Shown in pieces: positions 1 through 10,395 of a stretch of 64,000 nucleotides of DNA (positions are counted from its first letter, which is position 1; the number at the start of each line of letters is the position of its first letter). The stretch spans positions 64,001 through 128,000 of the forward strand of contig CAWAWS010000017.1 in assembly GCA_963785725.1 (NCBI GenBank), given 5' to 3'. Under the pieces are notes generated by a model. That model saw nothing but the letters and a program-made list of their open reading frames with translations, did not search any database and was not told where the DNA came from. This stretch comes from an uncultured delta proteobacterium. Lineage in GTDB: Bacteria > Myxococcota_A > Polyangia > Palsa-1104. A program made the position numbers and the translations under genes.

Positions 1-803
1 ACATCGCGCACGGCGTCGGTCGTGGCGTTGAGCGACACCGCCAAGTTCACGCGCAGCGCCGTCTTCGTCTCCGCCGCCAGCTTCTCGATGCCGGGCACGA
101 GACCGGCCGTCGACACCGTGATCCGCCGCCGCGAAAAGTCGGCGCCGTTGGGATCGGTCAAGATGTCGAGCGCGCGAATGACGTTCTTGTAGTTGTGCAA
201 GGGCTCGCCCATGCCCATGAACACCAGGTTGCTGACGCGATCGGAGCCGGCGACGCGCGTCGGATCGTCGGGCGACAGCGACGCCACCAAGTCCTGCGCG
301 CGATAGACCTGATCGACGATCTCGCCCGCCGTCAGCTGGCGGCCGAAGCCGAGCTGCGCCGTCGCGCAGAAGCTGCAATCGAGCGCGCAGCCGACCTGCG
401 ACGACACGCACTGCGTGAGCTTGGGGCGCTTGGGAAACAGCGCGTGCTGCAGATGCTCCGGCTCGGCCGCCGTCTCCTCGAGGTCGTCATCGGGCGCGGC
501 CGCGTCGGAGTCGGGGATGAGCACGGTCTCGATCATGCGGCCGTCGTGCGTGCGCAGCCTGAGCTTGCGCGTGCCGTCTTTGGAGACCTGCGCGAAGTCG
601 ACGTCGAGGCGGCGCACTTCGGCGGCGTCGCCGAGCTGCGCGCGCAGGGCCTTGCCGAGGTTGGTCATCGACTCGACTTCGTTGGCGCGGCGGTAGTGCA
701 CCCAGCGGAAGATTTGATCGCCGCGATAGCCCTCGACGCCGAGCGACGCGGCAAAGGCGCGCGTCTCGTCGTGCGTCAAATCGCGGAGATCTTGTTTCGT
801 CAT
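1..803 (-). CDS. rlmN: 23S rRNA m2A2503/tRNA methyltransferase RlmN (radical SAM), runs off the window start
   Basis: Hand translation from ATG 803 (not in the ORF track): MTKQDLRDL...IETVLIP...CVSSQVGCALDCSFCAT (CxxxCxxC)...NLVFMGMGEPLHNY. Confidence 0.95.
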   Translation of the reverse strand, partial: MTKQDLRDLTHDETRAFAASLGVEGYRGDQIFRWVHYRRANEVESMTNLGKALRAQLGDAAEVRRLDVDFAQVSKDGTRKLRLRTHDGRMIETVLIPDSDAAAPDDDLEETAAEPEHLQHALFPKRPKLTQCVSSQVGCALDCSFCATAQLGFGRQLTAGEIVDQVYRAQDLVASLSPDDPTRVAGSDRVSNLVFMGMGEPLHNYKNVIRALDILTDPNGADFSRRRITVSTAGLVPGIEKLAAETKTALRVNLAVSLNATTDAVRD

Positions 804-842
804 CGTCGTCAAAGTCTGTTCGCTTCCGGCTCGACGCACCAC

Positions 843-887
843 AAAAGAAACGGGCGGAAGCTGGCCGTCTATCGCCGCTTCCGCCCG
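843..887 (-). terminator. Intrinsic terminator downstream of ndk
   Basis: 11-bp stem CGGGCGGAAGC (851-861)/GCTTCCGCCCG (877-887), followed on the minus strand by TTTCTTTT. Confidence 0.7.
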
Positions 888-907
888 CTAAATCCCAGTA
901 CGACTAA

Positions 908-1339
908 TTATTCGGTGATGCCCAGCGCCGCCAGCTCGGTGCCGCTGAAGAAGAAGCCGATCTCGTACTTCGCCGTCTCCGGCGCGTCCGAGCCGTGCAC
1001 GGCGTTCTGCTCGATGTCGGTGCCGAACTTCTGGCGGATCGTGCCCGCGGCCGCCTTCTTCGAGTCGGTGGCGCCCATGAGGTCACGGTTGCGGGCGATC
1101 GCGTTCTCGCCTTCGAGGACCTGCGCGATGCAGGGGCCCGACGTCATGAACTTCACGAGCTCGCCGAAGAACGGGCGCGCCTTGTGAACGTCGTAGAAGC
1201 CTTCGGCCTGCTGCTTGGTCAGGTGGATCATCTTGACCGCGACCGGACGCAGACCGCCGTCGATGAGGTGCTGCATGACGGCGCCGGCCTTACCAGCTTT
1301 GACCGCGTCGGGCTTGATGATCGAGAACGTGCGCTCCAT
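908..1339 (-). CDS. ndk: Nucleoside-diphosphate kinase
   Basis: [13 protein letters not shown]..., [15 protein letters not shown] catalytic His motif. Confidence 0.98.
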   Translation of the reverse strand: MERTFSIIKPDAVKAGKAGAVMQHLIDGGLRPVAVKMIHLTKQQAEGFYDVHKARPFFGELVKFMTSGPCIAQVLEGENAIARNRDLMGATDSKKAAAGTIRQKFGTDIEQNAVHGSDAPETAKYEIGFFFSGTELAALGITE

Positions 1340-1391
1340 GTTCCTTGCTCCTGAAATATTTAACGGAAAACGAAACTATTGATCGAAACTG

Positions 1392-3460
<2,069 letters not shown>

Positions 3461-3589
3461 GGGTTCCTCCGCGGCGATGGGGTAACACGACGGCGTCCGC
3501 TCTTCAAGCGGTTCGACGATCTACGACTGCCTACTACCACAGGAACTTTGCGTGATGGGAGCGCGTCTAGCCCGATCGGAAAATTTGCG

Positions 3590-3626
3590 TGCAATCAAAA
3601 CGAGTGCCTATGCAATCAAAATGATT
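3590..3626 (+). promoter_or_regulatory. Tandem putative activator (enhancer) sites upstream of the YceI gene
   Basis: TGCAATCAAAA at 3590-3600 and 3611-3621 (21-bp period); second copy extends into palindrome AATCA-N3-TGATT. Confidence 0.5.
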
Positions 3627-3692
3627 CTGTCGCCGAGAGCGGGCGGCGCGCAAAACGGGCCGGCGACGGGCGCGAAGCGATTGCTCGCGGAG

Positions 3693-3708
3693 TGGCGTGG
3701 CACTTGCT
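3693..3708 (+). promoter_or_regulatory. Sigma54 (-24/-12) promoter
   Basis: TGGCGTGGCACTTGCT = GG-N10-GC with TTGC at -12, about 60 bp before the YceI start. Confidence 0.6.
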
Positions 3709-3769
3709 GACTACGCGGAACCGATTTACAAACGCGAACTCGTTTCGAACCATCACTAGGAGAATGTTC

Positions 3770-4372
3770 ATGCGTAAGCTCATCGTTGCCGCCGCCCTCA
3801 TGGCCGCTCCCTCTCTTGCCTTCGCCGCGCCGTGGGAAGTCGACCCGTCGCACTCGTCGATCAACTTCAGCATCAAGCACATGGCCGTCTCGACGGTGCA
3901 TGGCACGTTCGACACGATCAAGTCGGGCACGGCGTCGTGGTCGAAGCCGGACTTCTCGGACGCTCAGATCGAAGTCGTCGTCGACGCCAACAGCATCGAC
4001 ACGCACGAGCCGAAGCGTGACGGTCACTTGAAGAGCCCCGACTTCTTCGACACGGCCAAGTTCCCGACCTTGTCGTTCAAGTCGAAGAAGGTCACCAAGG
4101 CGGCGGCCGGCCACGTCAACGTCGTCGGCGACTTGACGATGCACGGTGTGACGAAGGAAGTGACGTTCGACGTCACCGGTCCCTCGGCCGAGATCTCGGC
4201 GATGGGCGCGACGATGTCGGGCGCCGAAGCGACGGCGACGATCAACCGCAAAGACTTCGGTCTCGTGTGGAACAAGGCGCTCGGCGCCGGCAACCTCGCC
4301 GTCGGCAACGACGTGAAGATCGAGATCGCGCTCGAGCTGCACAAGAAGGCGCCGCTCAAGGCCGAGAAGTAG
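3770..4372 (+). CDS. YceI-family (polyisoprenoid-binding) secreted protein
   Basis: RBS AGGAG 3758-3762; signal peptide MRKLIVAAALMAAPSLAFA; WEVDPSHSSINF, RDGHLKSPDFFD, GDLTMHGVTK, INRKDFG. Confidence 0.93.
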   Translation: MRKLIVAAALMAAPSLAFAAPWEVDPSHSSINFSIKHMAVSTVHGTFDTIKSGTASWSKPDFSDAQIEVVVDANSIDTHEPKRDGHLKSPDFFDTAKFPTLSFKSKKVTKAAAGHVNVVGDLTMHGVTKEVTFDVTGPSAEISAMGATMSGAEATATINRKDFGLVWNKALGAGNLAVGNDVKIEIALELHKKAPLKAEK

Positions 4373-4413
4373 ATCGCACGGAAATCGCGCGCCTTTCAGC
4401 GCGTCGGTTTCGC

Positions 4414-4446
4414 AAAGCGCGCCCGGTGATTTGGGCGCGCTTTTTT
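4414..4446 (+). terminator. Intrinsic terminator after YceI
   Basis: AAAGCGCGCCC-ggtgattt-GGGCGCGC-TTTTTT. Confidence 0.8.
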
Positions 4447-4484
4447 ATTGCCTCTCGCCGCCGAGATTCAGGTTCGGGCGACGA

Positions 4485-5156
4485 CTAGACGTGACCGCTC
4501 TTGCCGATCGTGAACGTCAGCGTCAACGGCGCCGGGTTCACGATGTCGAGCGGCGGATACTTGGCCTTGGCGACGGCGTCGAGCACGCAGCCGTCGAACG
4601 AGGCGTCGTGCGCCGACGAGTTCATCAGCGTCGGCGCGTAGGCCTTGCCCTCGGCGGTCACGAAGACCATGACGGTGGCCTGCGCGTAGAAATCGACGCC
4701 CAAGAAGCGCTCGCCGCAGCTGACGATCTCGGCGTGCGTGAGCTCCTGCACCGAGCCGATCTTGCCTTCGATGCCGTCCGGCAGCTGCTGCTGCGGCGGC
4801 TCGGCGCCGGGCGCCCAGAAGCTCCACAGCGCGCCGACCGGCGGACCCGTCAGCGGCGTGATCGTCGCCTTGTTGGCGGCCTCGAGGACGCACTGCGCGA
4901 CGGGCGCCGGGCCGTCCCACTTGATCTGCTCCGCGTTCAGCTTGCCCGAGGAATCGGCGCTGACGGCGAAGTAGCCGCCCTTGATGCCGTCGCCTTTCAT
5001 ACAGCCGTTGGCGACCTTGTGCGCGTCGACGATCTCAATCTTGCGCTTCGCGACGGCGTCTTTGCCCTGGAACGCGCCTGACGGCTTGGTGCCACCACCG
5101 CTCATCGTGGCGCAGGCGCTGAGGAGCAGACCAAAAGAGATGAGTATTGTTCTCAT
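4485..5156 (-). CDS. Hypothetical lipoprotein, possible TonB-C/AgmX-like C-terminal domain
   Basis: Lipobox LLLSAC; two repeats with paired Cys, the second ending CVLDAVAKAKYPP...LTLTF. Confidence 0.65.
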   Translation of the reverse strand: MRTILISFGLLLSACATMSGGGTKPSGAFQGKDAVAKRKIEIVDAHKVANGCMKGDGIKGGYFAVSADSSGKLNAEQIKWDGPAPVAQCVLEAANKATITPLTGPPVGALWSFWAPGAEPPQQQLPDGIEGKIGSVQELTHAEIVSCGERFLGVDFYAQATVMVFVTAEGKAYAPTLMNSSAHDASFDGCVLDAVAKAKYPPLDIVNPAPLTLTFTIGKSGHV

Positions 5157-5291
5157 GCGCACCCTCATAACAGAGCGCGCGCGGTCTCGACAAGTGGGGG
5201 AGTGCTTACTCGTGCTAGCGGTTCAGCTGGGTGCGACGACCGATACGTCGCTGGTGCGGGCCGTCGGCGAGGGCCGCCGACGACTGTCGAG

Positions 5292-6699
5292 CTAGTTGCC
5301 CATGACGCGGGTCAGCGCGACGTGCTGGATGGCGAGATCGTAGCGCGCGCGGGCGAGGTTGAGCCGCGCCGTCGTCAGCGCCGATTGCGCGTCGAGGAGG
5401 TCGGTCGTCGTCGCCGAGCCGGCCTGCACGAGCGCCTGCTCGACGCGATAGGCCTCCTGCGCGCTGGCGATCGCCTCTTTGGCGACGTCGACGGCCACCG
5501 CCGCCGCCTGCGTCTGCGCCACCGCGTTGTGCACCTCGACGGCGACGCCGCGCTTCTCGTCCTCGAGCTCGAGCGCCGCGGCCTGCGCCTGCTTCGACGC
5601 CGCGCGCGCCTGGAAATAGGTCGCGCCCCACTCCCAAACCGCCCACGTCGCCTTGACGCCGACGAACCACTGATTCGGCGGCGCGAACAGCTGACCATCG
5701 GTGCGAACGTAGCCGCCCTCGGCGTCGATCTCGGGCAGCAGCGAGAAGTTGCGCGCCGCGCGATTGCGGTCGGCCGACAGCGCCGTCAGCTTGAGCTGCT
5801 GCACTTCGGGACGATGCGCTTCCGCCTGCGTCGTCGCGAGGCCGAGATCGGGCAGCGCCGCCGCCGACTGATCGAGCAGCGTCGACGGCTCGACCAGCTC
5901 GACGTCGTCATCGGGCCGCAGACCGAGCGCGTCGAGCAGCTGCGCCGTCGTCGTGATGCCCGACGTGTGCGCCACGATCTGCTGCTGCCGCGCGTTCGCT
6001 TCGGCGACCTCCACGCGCAGGAGGTCGGCATTGGTAATGACGCCGGCCTTCAAGCGCGCCTGCGACACCTTGACCTGATCGGCGAGCTCGGTCACCGACG
6101 CGATGGCAATCTGCTCGAGCGCGCGTGCTTCGTACGTCTGCAAGTAGGCCGTACGCACGGCTTGCACCGTCGCCGCCTCGGCCACTTTGAGCTGCGCGTC
6201 ACCCGCTTTGGCCGTGCTGTGCGCCGCGCCGTAATCGTAGCCGAGGTGCAAGAGGCCCAGAGATCGGCTGCGAGATCGTGGCCACGAAGCTGTTCGTGTT
6301 CTGCGCGCGCGCGACGATCGGCGGTCCGCCGAACAGCCCGCCGAGCAACGTCGCTTCCGCGGTCGAGAGACCCGTCGGATTGAACGGGTGGTCTTTGGTG
6401 TAGGCGACGACGTCCGCCTTGCACTCGGCGCCGCCCGAGAAGTTCGAGAGGCTCAACGCCGCCGGGCAGTCCCAGTGTTGATATTCCTCGGACAGGTGAA
6501 TCGACGGCAGCATGCGTCCGCCGACCGACAGCGCGACGTCGTGGCCGGCCTCGGAGCGTTTGTGCTGCGCCAACAGCCGCAGGTTCTGCTTGAGCGCCAG
6601 ATCGACGGCCTGCTCGACGGTAATCTGCTCCTTGGCCGACACGAGGCCGCTCGTCGCCAGCAGAACAGACACAACTAGTGCGGAAACCTGCGATCGCAT
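5292..6699 (-). CDS. TolC-family outer membrane efflux protein (one apparent frameshift near 6255)
   Basis: N-part ITVEQAVDLALKQN (ORF 6199-6744) and C-part QARLKAGVITNADLL, GSATTTDLLDAQSALTTARL (ORF 5292-6251). Confidence 0.88.
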
Positions 6700-6715
6700 G
6701 ATCATCTCTCGATGG

Positions 6716-7963
6716 CTATTTGGACGAGGTGTGGACCGTGACATCGGCGGACAGACCGGCGCGCAGCGGCAGCTCGGGCTCGTGATCCCAAGCGATACGA
6801 ACCGGGACGCGCTGCACGACTTTCACGAAGTTGCCCGAGGCATTATCGGCCGGCAGCAGCGAGAAGCTAGCGCCGGTACCGCCCGAGAGGCTCTCCACTT
6901 TGCCGTGCAGCTTGTGGCCCGAGTACGCGTCTACTTCGATGTCCACCGGCTGTCCTGGTTTCATCGCACCGAGCTGCGTCTCCTTGAAATTGGCGATGAG
7001 GTAGGTCGTCGTCGGCACCAGCTCCACGACCGGCGAGCCGATGGCGACGAGCTGGCCTTCGTGCACCGTCAGCTTCGAGGCCACGCCGTCGGCGGGCGCG
7101 CGCACCGTCGTGTACTCGAGCTGCAGCTTGGCGAGGTCGAGCTGCGCCTCGGACGACTTGGCGCGCGCGTGCGCCAGATCCGCCTGCGCCTTGGCCGTCG
7201 CGATCTGCGCCGCGATCGGCGACGACTGGCTCAGCCGGCCGCGCGCTTCACCGACGTGCTCCTGCGCGACGCGCTTCGCTTCCTCGGACACCGCGACGTT
7301 GGCCTTGGCCTGCGCCAGCGCCGCCTGCGTCGCGTCGTAGGTCGCCTGCGCGTTGTCGAGCTGCTGCTGCGGCACGGCGTTCGCCGCTTTGAGCTCCTTG
7401 GCGCGATTGAGATCGAGCAGCGCCTTCTTGTCGTCCGCTTCGGCGCGCAACAGCGCCGCCTTCGACGCCAAGATCTGCGCGTCCGCCGAGCCGACGCTCG
7501 ACGTCATGCCGAGCAAGGCCGACTGCGCCGACGAGAAACCGCCCTTCGAGTTGGCCGAGATGACGGCGACCTGCGCGTCGGCTGCGGCCGCTTGCGCTTC
7601 GTTCGACGCCAGATCCGCCTCGGCCGCTTTGACGCGCGCCTGGTAATCGGCGGGATCGATCTCGACGAGCGGCTGGCCCTTCTTGACCTTCTCGTTCTCG
7701 ATGACGTGCACCTTGACGATCTGCCCGGCGACGCGCGTGCCGACGGGAACCATGTCGGCCATGACCTGCGCGTCGTCGGTGTTCTCTTCGCCTGCCGTCA
7801 AGACGAGGTAGCCGCCGATGGCCAACGCCATGACGCCGACGATGGCGCCGACGATGACGAAGGGCCGCGACTTGCTCTTCGGCGGCTCGGCCGCGGCCGC
7901 GGCGCCCGTCGCCGGCGAGTCGAGCTTCACCGCCTCGAGACGCGCGTTCTTTTCGTTTTCCAT
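6716..7963 (-). CDS. HlyD/EmrA-family membrane fusion protein
   Basis: TM helix, ENTDDAQV, VKKGQPLVEID, TVRAPADGV, GASFSLLPADNASGNFVKVVQRVPVRI. Confidence 0.95.
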   Translation of the reverse strand: MENEKNARLEAVKLDSPATGAAAAAEPPKSKSRPFVIVGAIVGVMALAIGGYLVLTAGEENTDDAQVMADMVPVGTRVAGQIVKVHVIENEKVKKGQPLVEIDPADYQARVKAAEADLASNEAQAAAADAQVAVISANSKGGFSSAQSALLGMTSSVGSADAQILASKAALLRAEADDKKALLDLNRAKELKAANAVPQQQLDNAQATYDATQAALAQAKANVAVSEEAKRVAQEHVGEARGRLSQSSPIAAQIATAKAQADLAHARAKSSEAQLDLAKLQLEYTTVRAPADGVASKLTVHEGQLVAIGSPVVELVPTTTYLIANFKETQLGAMKPGQPVDIEVDAYSGHKLHGKVESLSGGTGASFSLLPADNASGNFVKVVQRVPVRIAWDHEPELPLRAGLSADVTVHTSSK

Positions 7964-7968
7964 GTTCG

Positions 7969-9588
7969 TCACATCTCCACGTGAATATCGGGCTTGGGGC
8001 CGCTCATGGTTTTGGGCGCCTTCAAGAAAATCAGGAGCGGCATCACGCACAAGAACGCGATACCGGCCATCAAGAACATCTTCTCGAACGTCATGACCAT
8101 CGCCTGCTGGGCGACGACGCCGCCCAAGAAGCGCGACGCCGCCATCTTCGCCGACGCCAGGTCGTAGCCTTTGCTGACCAAGAGGTTGGTCATCATGTTC
8201 ATTCGCTGCGTCACTTCGGGCCGACCGGCGTAGACGTGCGCCGAGATCGCCGCCTTGATCTGCGTCGGATAGCGCGACATCAGCGTCGCGAACACCGCCA
8301 GACCGAGCGAGCCGCCGATCTGGCGCACCAGCGAGTTCAGGCCGGTCGCGTCGGGCAGCTTGTTACGCGGGATGCTCGCCAGCGCCACCGTCGTCAGCGG
8401 CACGAACAGGCAGCGAAGCCGAGGCCCTGAATGAAGAGCGGCAACACCAGCTGACGCATGCTCGTCTCGAGCGTGTAGTGGCTCATCATCACCGCGCTCG
8501 ACCGCGAAGCAGACGATGCCGAAGGCGACGACGATACGCGGCTGGACCTTGTTGTAGATGCGCCCGACGAGCGGCACGGCGATGATCATGACGAGCGAGC
8601 GCGGCATGAGCGCCAAGCCCGACTGCATGGCGTTGTAGCCGAGCAGCTCCTGCATGAACACCGGCAGGAGGAACGTGATCGCCATCAGCATCGCGAACAT
8701 GACGGCGCCGATGAGCGTGCCCGAGAGGAACACCGGGTCCTTGAAGAGCGACAGGTTGACCGCCGGCACCGTCGCCGTCAGCTCGCGGATGACGAACAGC
8801 AGCAGCGCCACGACCGCCGTCACGCGCAAGCACCGCGATGACGTTGTCGACTCGAACCAGTCGTCTTGCGATTGCCCTCCTCGAGCACGTACTGCAGCGA
8901 CGCCAGACCGACGGTCAGCAGGGCGATGCCGGCCCAGTCCATGTGCTTGCGCTGCTGCGCCGCCGCCGCCGGTTCGCGCTGCCGGATGTCCTCCGGCTCG
9001 TGCACGAAGCGTGAGACCATGAAGAGGCCGAGGAGGCCGACCGGGAGGTTGATGTAGAAGATCCAGGGCCAGCGCGTAGTTGTCGACGATGTAGCCGCCG
9101 AGCGTCGGGCCGAACGCCGGGCCGAGCATGACGGCGATGCCGAAGAGCGCCATCGCCATGCCCTGCTCTTCGGGCGGGAACGTCTGGCGCAGGATCGCCT
9201 GCTCGGTCGGCTGCAGCGCGCCGGCGCCGAAGCCCTGCAGGATGCGGAAGAGCGACGAGCATGTCCAGCGAGCGCGCGATGCCGCACAAGCGCCGAGCCG
9301 ACGACGAAGAGCGCGAGGCAGAACATGTAGACGCGCTTCTGCCCGAAGAGCCGCCCGAGGAACGCCGTCAGCGGCATCACGATGACGTTCGCGATGATGA
9401 AGCCGGTCGAGACCCAGGTGATCTCCTCGACGGTGGCGCCGAGCGAGCCGCGAGATGTGCGGCAGGGCGACGTTGACGATCGACGAGTCGATCGTGCCCA
9501 TCAGCGTGCCGAACGTGATCGAGACCGTGACCAGCCACTTGTTGACCGGCGGACGCGCCGCCGGTGCCGCTGCTCGCATGAGTGCCAT
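7969..9588 (-). CDS. DHA2/EmrB-family MFS efflux permease (apparent frameshifts)
   Basis: LMGTIDSSIVNVALP, FRILQGFGAGALQP, GPAFGPTLGGYI, ATGLNSLVRQIGGSLG split over frames. Confidence 0.9.
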   Translation of the reverse strand: MALMRAAAPAARPPVNKWLVTVSITFGTLMGTIDSSIVNVALPHISRLARRHRRGDHLGLDRLHHRERHRDAADGVPRAALRAEARLHVLPRALRRRLGACAASRARWTCSSLFRILQGFGAGALQPTEQAILRQTFPPEEQGMAMALFGIAVMLGPAFGPTLGGYIVDNYALALDLLHQPPGRPPRPLHGLTLRARAGGHPAARTGGGGAAAQAHGLGRHRPADRRSGVAAVRARGGQSQDDWFESTTSSRCLRVTAVVALLLFVIRELTATVPAVNLSLFKDPVFLSGTLIGAVMFAMLMAITFLLPVFMQELLGYNAMQSGLALMPRSLVMIIAVPLVGRIYNKVQPRIVVAFGIVCFAVERGDDEPLHARDEHASAGVAALHSGPRLRCLFVPLTTVALASIPRNKLPDATGLNSLVRQIGGSLGLAVFATLMSRYPTQIKAAISAHVYAGRPEVTQRMNMMTNLLVSKGYDLASAKMAASRFLGGVVAQQAMVMTFEKMFLMAGIAFLCVMPLLIFLKAPKTMSGPKPDIHVEM

Positions 9589-9591
9589 CGT

Positions 9592-10224
9592 CTAAGCCCC
9601 CGCGCCTTCCATGAAGAACCGAACGATCTCTTCGACCGGCAGATGCTCGGTGGCGAGCTCGCGCTGCTGTTGCCGCGCCGAGCGCAGCACGCCGATCAAG
9701 ATGGACGAGTAATAAGGCGCGAGCTCCGGCCGCAAGGCTTTCTGCTCGACGCCGCGCTCCATGATGACATCGAGCCGCTCGTACATGAGCCGCTTCATCT
9801 CCGCCGACGACGCCGCCGTTACCGGATACGCCGCGAGCCCGGTGCCCAGATCGCACTGATGCAAAATGTGATGAAAGCGGCGGTGCAGGTCGAGATAGCC
9901 GCCGATGTTGGTCATCAGCGCCAGCAGATCCTCGCGGAAGACGCCCGAGCTCGGCTGCGCCAGGAAGTCGTCGATCGCCTGGATCATGCCCATCCGTCGT
10001 TCGCGCATGAGCGCATCGAGCAGGGCGTCGCGGTCCTTGAAGTGGTTGTAGAGCGTGCCCACGGCGACGCCGGCCTTGGCCGCGATATCGTTCATGTGCG
10101 CGGCGTGTAACCCTTGGTCGGCAAAGACTTCTTCGGCGGCGTCGAGGATGGCCGCGCCGGTCGCTTCGCGGAGTCGAGAGCGCAGGCTCGACCCTTTCGC
10201 GTCAGAAGTTGAACGGCCATTCAT
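9592..10224 (-). CDS. TetR/AcrR-family transcriptional regulator
   Basis: AILDAAEEVFADQGLHAAHMNDIAAKAGVAVGTLYNHFKDRDAL HTH; first gene of the efflux operon. Confidence 0.95.
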   Translation of the reverse strand: MNGRSTSDAKGSSLRSRLREATGAAILDAAEEVFADQGLHAAHMNDIAAKAGVAVGTLYNHFKDRDALLDALMRERRMGMIQAIDDFLAQPSSGVFREDLLALMTNIGGYLDLHRRFHHILHQCDLGTGLAAYPVTAASSAEMKRLMYERLDVIMERGVEQKALRPELAPYYSSILIGVLRSARQQQRELATEHLPVEEIVRFFMEGAGA

Positions 10225-10260
10225 GATTTGCAGTATCGGTTCACGATTTGAATCTGTCAA
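10210..10260 (-). promoter_or_regulatory. Sigma70 promoter of tetR (probably leaderless) with operator palindrome over the start codon
   Basis: Minus strand TTGACA (10260-10255)-17 bp-GATACT (10237-10232)-7 bp-ATG 10224; TGAA-N6-TTCA at 10210-10223. Confidence 0.65.
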
Positions 10261-10395
10261 GCAGGCGTTGAACGGTGATGTCAACCTGGTCGATAGATGC
10301 GCTATCGGTCGAGAAAGCGTCAAAAATTCGCGCCTGTCGGACGGCTCGTCTACAAGCGATCGTAGGGGGTTCGCCTGAACACGATCCGCTTCGCG

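Noticed and set aside
5292..9588. tolC and emrB as pseudogenes
   Set aside because: Same indel pattern with no other sign of decay; needs read-level confirmation.
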